A stretch of 64,000 bases of DNA from the human T2T-CHM13v2.0 reference genome, Homo sapiens, in NCBI RefSeq assembly GCF_009914755.1, contig NC_060926.1; one strand, given 5' to 3'. Shown one piece after another: positions 55,647-64,000 of the stretch (positions are counted from its first letter, which is position 1; the number at the start of each line of letters is the position of its first letter). A program made the translations under genes and the position numbers. A model generated the notes under the pieces. That model saw only the letters and a program-made list of their open reading frames with translations. It had not been told where the DNA came from and ran no database searches.

Positions 55647-58600
55647 AAAACATTATTTGAAAAACATACAAAAAACACATATTGAGCACCTGTTCTGTCT
55701 GCCAGGAAATATTCTAGGAATGCAGCATACAGTTGTAAATAAGACCGGCGAAGGGCCCTGTTCTTACAAAGGTTACATTCTGGTGGTCAAGATGGATAAG
55801 AAACAGACATATGCATAACATCAAGTAGTGATACAGACTCCAGAAAAAATAAAACAGAGAAAGGAAATAAAGAAGATGGATGAGTAAATAGCTTACGGAA
55901 GTTAAGGAAAGGATCTCAGAGAAAGGGATATGAATAGCAACCTAGATTACATTAGGAAGTACCCAGGCCCTGTGCTAAGTGCTAATAATTTAAAGATCAG
56001 TGAAGCATGTTCTTTGCTTACAACCTGGTGAAGAAACCTACCTGGAGGTGACAACAATTACACTCTAGTGTCTAGAAAGTACTCCAGTACATCCTGCAGA
56101 GGAAAGTCATTCTCACACTGGTATGGTTGCCTTGCTATTTGATGTGCATCTGTGTGCCTTACTTTATTGTTATCTCGTCCAGGAAGGAGCCTGTGTTGTT
56201 CACTTTGGTATTTCCCCAGAGTGCTAACAGTCCCTGATGCATTCTAGGCCCAGCAGGCTATTGAATCCAGCCAGTGCAGTCCTGAGGGGAGTGTTCCCAG
56301 ACTTACACTGCAGCTGGGGAGGAGCCAGCCTGGAGCTCCGGGCTTGGTGTTCTCAGCTGAGGGAGCTGATTGCTCTCCCTCTGTGAATTGCTGTACACAC
56401 TGAGAAGCCCTGCAGCAGCAGATCTGATGAGTGGGAGAGCTGCCAAAGTGCGCAGCCAGGCTGGGCCCCTGGGGTGCCCGTGAGGGCATCCTCTTATTTT
56501 CTGTTTGAAAAGCTGACTGAGATCATAGTGGAGACAAGTGGGCAGAACCTAGACAAAACTCATTCTTTTCTCTGTATATTTATAAAAAATGTACCTCAAC
56601 ACCACATAGGACAATCTGATTCCTTTTGATGACAAGAGCCTGCCTCCATTTTACTCCTGGGAAAAGAAGGAGCTTTAAAGGAAAACTTTAAATTCAAAGT
56701 CATTGGAAACCCTTACCCTCCTTCCCAGAGGTACATTTGAGACTACAGTCTCTGGGCTAATCAGGTGCTTTAATAGAGGTTAGCGTTTGGAGAGGGCAAG
56801 TGAGACAGAAACAGGATTATTTGTGTTCAGGTAAGAACATGTTATCATAGGATGTTCATGCACACAGGACAAATAGAAATGTCGATACCCTATTTTATTT
56901 ATTATATTGTTTTCATATGATATAATATTGCCTTGTCTAAAGGCAGTATCTTACCTGATGGTAAAACCAGTCTAGACTTGTTTAGTCTTTGTGTTAAAGG
57001 GACAGTAAGCTTACAGATGCTTTAGTCATAGGCCAGTACAGCTCACCAGGGTTGTAGGCCAGAACTACACAATTCTATAGGATTAAACATCTATTTGAGA
57101 GTTGCAGGTAGTCAGTGCATGACAAACATGCAACTTTCCCTCCATCTCTTTGGTGCTACCCTTCCTTGCTCCATACCCATTTTTTCTTTCCCTCCTCAAT
57201 TGTTCCTCTGGAGAATTGTAGAGTCAACTCCCACCATGATGCAGAGCCCTTCACCTCCCCACCAGCTTCTGCTTCAAAGCTCACATATCCAAACACACCA
57301 TGGGGAGTAAGAAATACACCCAAGGGTAAAGAAACTTGTTTATTGCTATAACCCAGTTTCTTAAACTTACGTAAATGAATGCTACTGTTTTAATAGTATT
57401 CCTATTAGTGTTAAGAGAAACAATCTCTTCCATTGGCTCAAATGACCTTTCTTGCTCTTATTAGCTATGGCAAGTGACACATTCATATGTAAGCAGATTG
57501 GTAACTTACACAGAAGCTACTTAGAAATTGCCTGGATTCTAGGTGCTTAATATATATTTATTCAGTGAATAAATAAATATGAATGCATGTGTGCATAATT
57601 GGATGAATGAATGGATAATTTAGGAGTTTATAGATAAGATTCTCTTTGAGTGAATAACATAGGAAGATGATCTGTATGTTTTCAGAGGCCTGTATATGAG
57701 GATAACTGTACTAACTCCATCAATAAGACACGTGTCTTGAGATATTTTCCCAGTAATATTGATATATTTGTGTTTTTCTGATCCATCTCCTCCCATTAAG
57801 TTCTCATAACCCATAGCATCAACATTCAAGATGGAACAAGTAATCATTATTGCCATGTCTAACTTTGGCTTCACTAGAACTAAATGAACAAATTAATCAC
57901 ATATACTTAACATAAGTAGGTGTGTAACTATAAAAACATACATATGTAATATTTGTATATGTAAGTCATATGCATATTTTAATTCTAGCAAAACTTAATT
58001 CTAACAAAAATATGGTTATTGTTTCCATCCATTCTAAAATTTCATCATGCTAATGCTACTACAATTTTATTATTTTTTAAATAATTAGAGTATTAAGCAT
58101 TAATTAGTTCATTTACTAATTTTTTTTAATAATGCTAGAGCAAAACACATAGATTTGGTTCATGACTGGTGGCTAGGCAATGAGGGCAGTCACTAGGCAG
58201 TAGGGTTGACCTCTATGGAAGACAACCAGCATTCCTATTCACAATGTCCCAGGTGTCATGGCATACTCAGTTCTGATCCAGATAGGTTTGGTTGGCTTGT
58301 TTTGTTGTTTTGTTTTTGTTTTTAGCTAAAATTTCTGATAGAATAGCACAAAGTATGGCAGAAGGTATTGCTAGATCAAGGCAACAGGTGAGTCACAGAA
58401 ATATGATTCTAGGTTGATTCAACAAGGCTATAGCCAGAACTCATAAAATAGCTTGAAATTAAAGGAACAAGTCAATGTCCTGAACAGAAGGAAAGACCTT
58501 AACATGACTAGGCCTGTCACTAGGAAAGCTTGAGTTCTAACAAGGAAATGGAACGTGAATCCAAAAGCAAGAATGAGGCTACAACTTAATTTGTCTGGGT

Positions 58601-59453
58601 CTTTATATAGAGATTTGGTGGAAACACTACTACCCAGTGGGTGTGAGTATGCCCTGTGATGCAGAAACAGATTAATTGTATACCTGGCATCACTAATGGA
58701 GATGGAGCTATTAGTGTATTTTCAGGCTCACTATCATTGGCTCAGAATTAGGTGGTATTAGTACTCACAGCTGGTCATGATTGGGATCGGAAAGGAGCGC
58801 CACATTCATGACCATTACTGAGTGGTTTCTGCTCTGCAACATACTTTATGGATCTCTATGAATAAGTATGAATAAGTACCAGTGCTTATGCTTAATGGAG
58901 TTTTGAAAATGTAAAACATATGATCATAAGTGCCAGAGTATAAGATGACTCATTTATAGCAATGCCATTTCATGAATGCATTAAACAATTTCATTGTCTT
59001 CAATTCAGAAAACTATAGTGGAAGTGTTTCTTAATGTACAAAATGGAGAATTTACAGTCTTTGTAAATCTACTTTTTGTGAATGTTCATTGTGTAAAAGT
59101 TGGAAAGTTCAAAACAGTGTACAGATACAGATTCATTACCCTAATACAACCAGTATTCGCATTGTATTAACCCAGTATTTTTTAAAATGTACTATTATAT
59201 AGTTGCTACAAATTATTGTTAAACCTTTTTTAATGCCCCTTTTTCACTGAATACTATATCAGACATTTTCTAATATTATTGAAATATCTATAAAATCTTA
59301 TTAATTTTATTGGCTACAAAAATATCCCAATATATATAGTACAAAAGACAGTCATTTTACTCAACCATTTCTATGAAGTCAGGCATTTAGGTGTTTTGTC
59401 AATATTTCATTATTATATTTAACTTAGTGATGAACACATTTTGACATAAATCA

Positions 59454-59811
<358 letters not shown>

Positions 59812-60123
59812 TTATTTTATATTTTTTAAAAGATGAAGATGCTTTCTGAAAATGTTGTAAATCTTTAATATGCCAACAAGTAGTATAGAAAAGTACCTAT
59901 CTCTTTGTACTCTTGCCACAACTGAAAATTTTTATAATTTTGCATTATTTGCTAGACAGCAAAAATATATTTTGTTATTTTGATTTTTATTTCTTTGTGA
60001 CCACTGAAGTTGAACACTTTCTTAAATATATTTTTAATATTTGAATGTTATTTTTTGTCAGCTTTGTATTCTTAAATTTTGCTCATCAATTGTTGGGAAA
60101 TGTCCTCTGACAGAGAAAAAGTA

Positions 60124-60720
60124 CAGTTGATTCTCAATATTCATGATAGTTATGTTCTATAAGGTTTCAGGGAAGACTGACTTAGTAAATACAGAGCCGT
60201 TGCTCCTAGGGGAAATACAGGGTTAGGTACCTGTTGAGCCTCTGGTCATAACATTTTCATCCACCAATCAATACATAATCTTGTTTTGTTTGTTTCCGTT
60301 TAAAGACACCTTATTAAATATATGTTGTTGATTGATTAACATTAAACTTATGACCAACAACACCATAACTTATGCCTGAAAAAAACATGTCTTGTCACGT
60401 ATTTTCTCTATATGACACATCGCTGCTTTCTTGCATTTAGGAATAGTAGACAGCACTGGTACTTGGGGGCCTTTTCAAACAGGAAAATTACCTACAAAAA
60501 GCACAAAACGTGCAAATAATGTGGCACTAAGCACCATATGAAGGACATTTGTTTACAGTAGGAGAGCTGAAATAGGAAGGCAAAAGTCACCTTGTTCAGC
60601 CTCAACTGGGAACATACACATGGGACAACTCAATTTTTCACTGTTCTGCGAGGTCTGTGAATGTGTATTGATTTGGAGTTACAAATAAATTCGGAATCTA
60701 TAAATAATGAGAATCAACTG
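60124..60720. mobile_element. MER82 (TcMar-Tigger)
   Basis: Perfect 13-bp TIRs cagttgattctca / tgagaatcaactg, preceded by TA. Internal gctcctaggggaaatacagggttagg. Confidence 0.85.
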
Positions 60721-61449
60721 TTTATATCTTAGTGATCTGGCCACAAAGTGCATGGTTATATACACGGCTGAGTAAAGAAGTTAATGAGTGGATGGATAAA
60801 TATAAATCTGTTCATTTTAAAGGGAACAAGTCAAAAGGTGTCCTTTAAATCCCGTGATTTTGAAATATACACAGGAGTTGCCATACCCAACAGCAAAGAA
60901 AGGACAAATCTGAGAATGACAAAGTCAGTGTTTTGACACCTGAGGAGATACAGCAGACAGGGAAATGGAAAGGGCATTGCTGTGAAGCCAGGCAGAGTTG
61001 GATGTGAGACTCATTTTCCAGGCTTATGACCTTGGAGGAGAGCCACTTGGAGCCTCTAATTCCTCCTTCAGAAAATCAAGATTAAAATATCCATCTTAGA
61101 CTGTCTCTTACAGATACCTTTTGTCTCTCATTCATAATTATGACCCTAGGACTTAGCATTATTCCTGATATATTTGTCAATTATCTGTCAGAAATATATC
61201 AGTTATTCAGTGTCCATTACCTTTATGTGCCAAAACAAATATCAGACCCCAAAAAAGTATTTAAATTCCAGAATGCTATACATTTAAAGTACAGAACAGA
61301 GCATTTTAATTGTAAAACTCTTATCATGTGGGGCTGGTTGCCTCCAATGAATAGTTCATACATATTGATTCTCTGTGTCAGGCACTCTACTGCTTCATAT
61401 AAATGATTTATGTGAATTCAAATTATATAAATGATTTTTGATTTCTTTA

Positions 61450-61670
61450 CTTTTAACAAACACTTATACAGTACTTACTACGTGCCAAACTTTGTTTAAT
61501 GTGTTACAAATATTTATTTAATCCTCATAACAGCACTATGTGATGAGTATTATTATTAAAACTATTTATACATGAGGTGAGCGAGACAGAAAGATTAATT
61601 TGTCCTAGCTCACCCAGCAAGTAAATGACAGAGCAGGATATGAACTAAGTGCTTTTTGTCCACTATTCAT
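61450..61670 (-). mobile_element. MIR relic
   Basis: cagtacttactacgtgccaa...tttaatcctcataacagcactatg...gctcacccagcaagtaaatgacagagcagga. Confidence 0.7.
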
Positions 61671-62024
61671 GTTTATACCATTACTTCACCACTGCCCTAG
61701 GAGATTCCAGATAAGGAATGGGTGCCATAGCTGACCTAAGGTGGCAATGAATCTACTGGTATGTTTCACTCCAAAGCCTGCATCATTAGGATTGATAGCT
61801 TCAGGCCACTAGCAGTCTGGTACTGCAGAGGCTTACAGGGGCTTACTACTTACGTTGCTTCTAGCTGCTTCTAACATGCAGGTAGCTTCCTCTCCCCATT
61901 TTCTGAATAATGTAGCTAGATTATTATTGCTTAATTCTAGAGTTTGGATCCTGGGAGCAGCTGTTCACAGGCTATAATAAGGAAGAAGAAAGAGTATGAG
62001 AGCATTCCAGAACTAATAAAGGAA

Positions 62025-62270
62025 GGCAATATAGTGTCAAGATTAACAGCTTGAGCTTGAGCTTGACACTGTCTGCATTCAAATCAGGCTTCTGTGTTAC
62101 CAGCTGTAAGGTTTTGGTAAATTACTTCACCTCTGTGGACCTCAGTTTCATTTACAAAATTGGTATAGTTTTACCTATTTAAACTATGATCGTGCTGCTG
62201 AGGATTCAATGAATTCATACCTATAAAGCAATAAGAAAGGTCCTTGACACATGGTAAGCATACAAATAAA
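62025..62270 (+). mobile_element. MIR relic
   Basis: ttggtaaattacttcacctctgtggacctcagtttc...tgaggattcaatga...gacacatggtaagc. Confidence 0.75.
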
Positions 62271-63372
62271 ACATCACTAATAGAAGCAACACTTGAAAAC
62301 AATCCATTTATCTTTTACATAGTTCCATCTCTTGTGTCCTAGTAGGTTTCCAAACTTGTGGTCACACACCACTATTATTAAAATGTTAAAACATGCATAT
62401 CAATATCTTTATTTTATGTATAAATAATGGAAACCTATTGCTGTAGTAATCGATTGTGTGCAATTTTAAACCAGACCACAACAATGGTTCACCAGTTCTA
62501 GTTTATCTTTCTCTAATACCCTTGAGCTGCCCTAGGGCACCCCTGCATTGTCAGTGCTTAGACCTCCCATCCCTGAAGAGTTCTTTACTGAAAGCTATCT
62601 GTCACCTCCTCAAGTCTTTCTCAATTCCTAAGATTTACTAAAGACAAAAGGGTAACTTCTTCTGTTGAAGGAAAGTAATTAAATTCATTATCATCTGGGA
62701 ACAGTAATAGTCCTTTAACTCTCCCAGGATTATTCACATACTCAAAAAATGTCCTGTGTTATCCTTACTGAATCGTTAATCAAAGGTCAGGAGTCTGGGA
62801 ACCACAGCAGGCAAGTCTACCTTAAAAGAATTCTGCTTCTCACTTTTTCCTTTTTTCCAACTCTAAAGACCAAGAGACCCTTTGGGGAGTGAATTGGTCT
62901 CTGGTAGGGATCAGAGATGAAAATTTTGCTCATATAAATCACTTAAAAATTAAATTTAGAGTTATTGAAGCCTGTGTACCTGAGACAGAGGCCAGAGGAA
63001 CTGGTTAGTAGATAATACTGAGAACCAAGGTTTGGAATTTTAGTTTGCTCCAAATGATAAAGGAAACATGGAAATTTTTTGAGAAGTGCTCTTTAAAGGT
63101 AAAAGAAGTTGGATCCTGCTTTTATAAAATGCAGTATAAGCATTCTTCTGCTCTTTTGTTTCTCTTCTATCCAAGGAAATATAAACTCTTAAAATGTAGA
63201 GGGGAAACAAACCTCTTTATACCTTCCTTTTTACAGTCCAAGTCTGAGGTTACGTTTGGCTTTGGAAAGAATATTTCTTGTAACAAATAGCCCATGTCAT
63301 GAGAGTAGCACAGATAAAAGACAAACATAGACTCTTTGGGATGTTTCTATGCATCCAGTAGTACCTGAGAAT

Positions 63373-63381
63373 ACACACACA

Positions 63382-63422
<41 letters not shown>
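63373..63422. repeat. (CA)n microsatellite, ~25 units with one interruption
   Basis: Directly visible. Confidence 0.97.
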
Positions 63423-63424
<2 letters not shown>

Positions 63425-63837
63425 TATAATGTATGTATTGCCCTATGCACCCTGTAGATGTGAAAGCAGAGCTGTAGCTAATACCACTCTTTGGGGCTGC
63501 CAAAATGATTCCAAAGAGCTTTATACTGATTCTCTCCTCTGGCAAGATGCTTGCAAAGGGAAATATCTGTGAGTTCTGAGGAGACCTAGGGGAAAAATGT
63601 ATTTCACAGGAATAAAAACACTTCATTAAGCATTCCTTAGGAAACCTTTCAGTTTTAGACTCTTCACAGGGAAAGATTGTTTCTTCAGGTGATTTGAATT
63701 TTGCTTTCACATACTATATGATAGCTATGATATATTTACTTGTGAGATTATTTTTTTGCAAGAATTGCAATGTCTAATAAGAGTAGACGTGGCATTGATA
63801 AAATTTCTGGGAAATCTAAAAATGATTATGCATATTC

Positions 63838-64000
<163 letters not shown>

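Overview
This is human (primate) genomic DNA, almost entirely intronic, from the CSRNP3 locus on the + strand (chr2q24.3 from prior knowledge). Only one exon is supportable: 16298-16468 (171 nt), with an AG acceptor, 23 nt of leader, the initiator ATG at 16321 (MSGILKRKFEEVDGSSPC...) and a GTGAGT donor. The next coding exon is not in the window. The rest is a mosaic of transposable elements: about 20 Alu copies (including a near-consensus AluYa5), a full-length sense-oriented THE1C-type MaLR provirus about 1.9 kb upstream of the exon, a MER41 solo LTR, an L1PA3-like 3' fragment, a ~6 kb L1MA, MIR/L2 relics, hAT and Tigger DNA transposons, and microsatellites. Subfamily names come from recalled consensus sequences and need RepeatMasker confirmation. 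I found no prokaryotic system, CRISPR array, RNA gene or new protein-coding gene, and I cannot claim a new biological system. The best leads are hypotheses: (1) a THE1C LTR promoter with DUX4 motifs that could splice into the CSRNP3 start exon, (2) an AluYa5 inserted at the 3' LTR poly(A) signal, (3) an ATG-TGA start-stop uORF in the leader, (4) a symmetric, stop-free start exon that would form an endless ORF if circularised, and (5) an inverted, apparently templated insertion at an L1 breakpoint.
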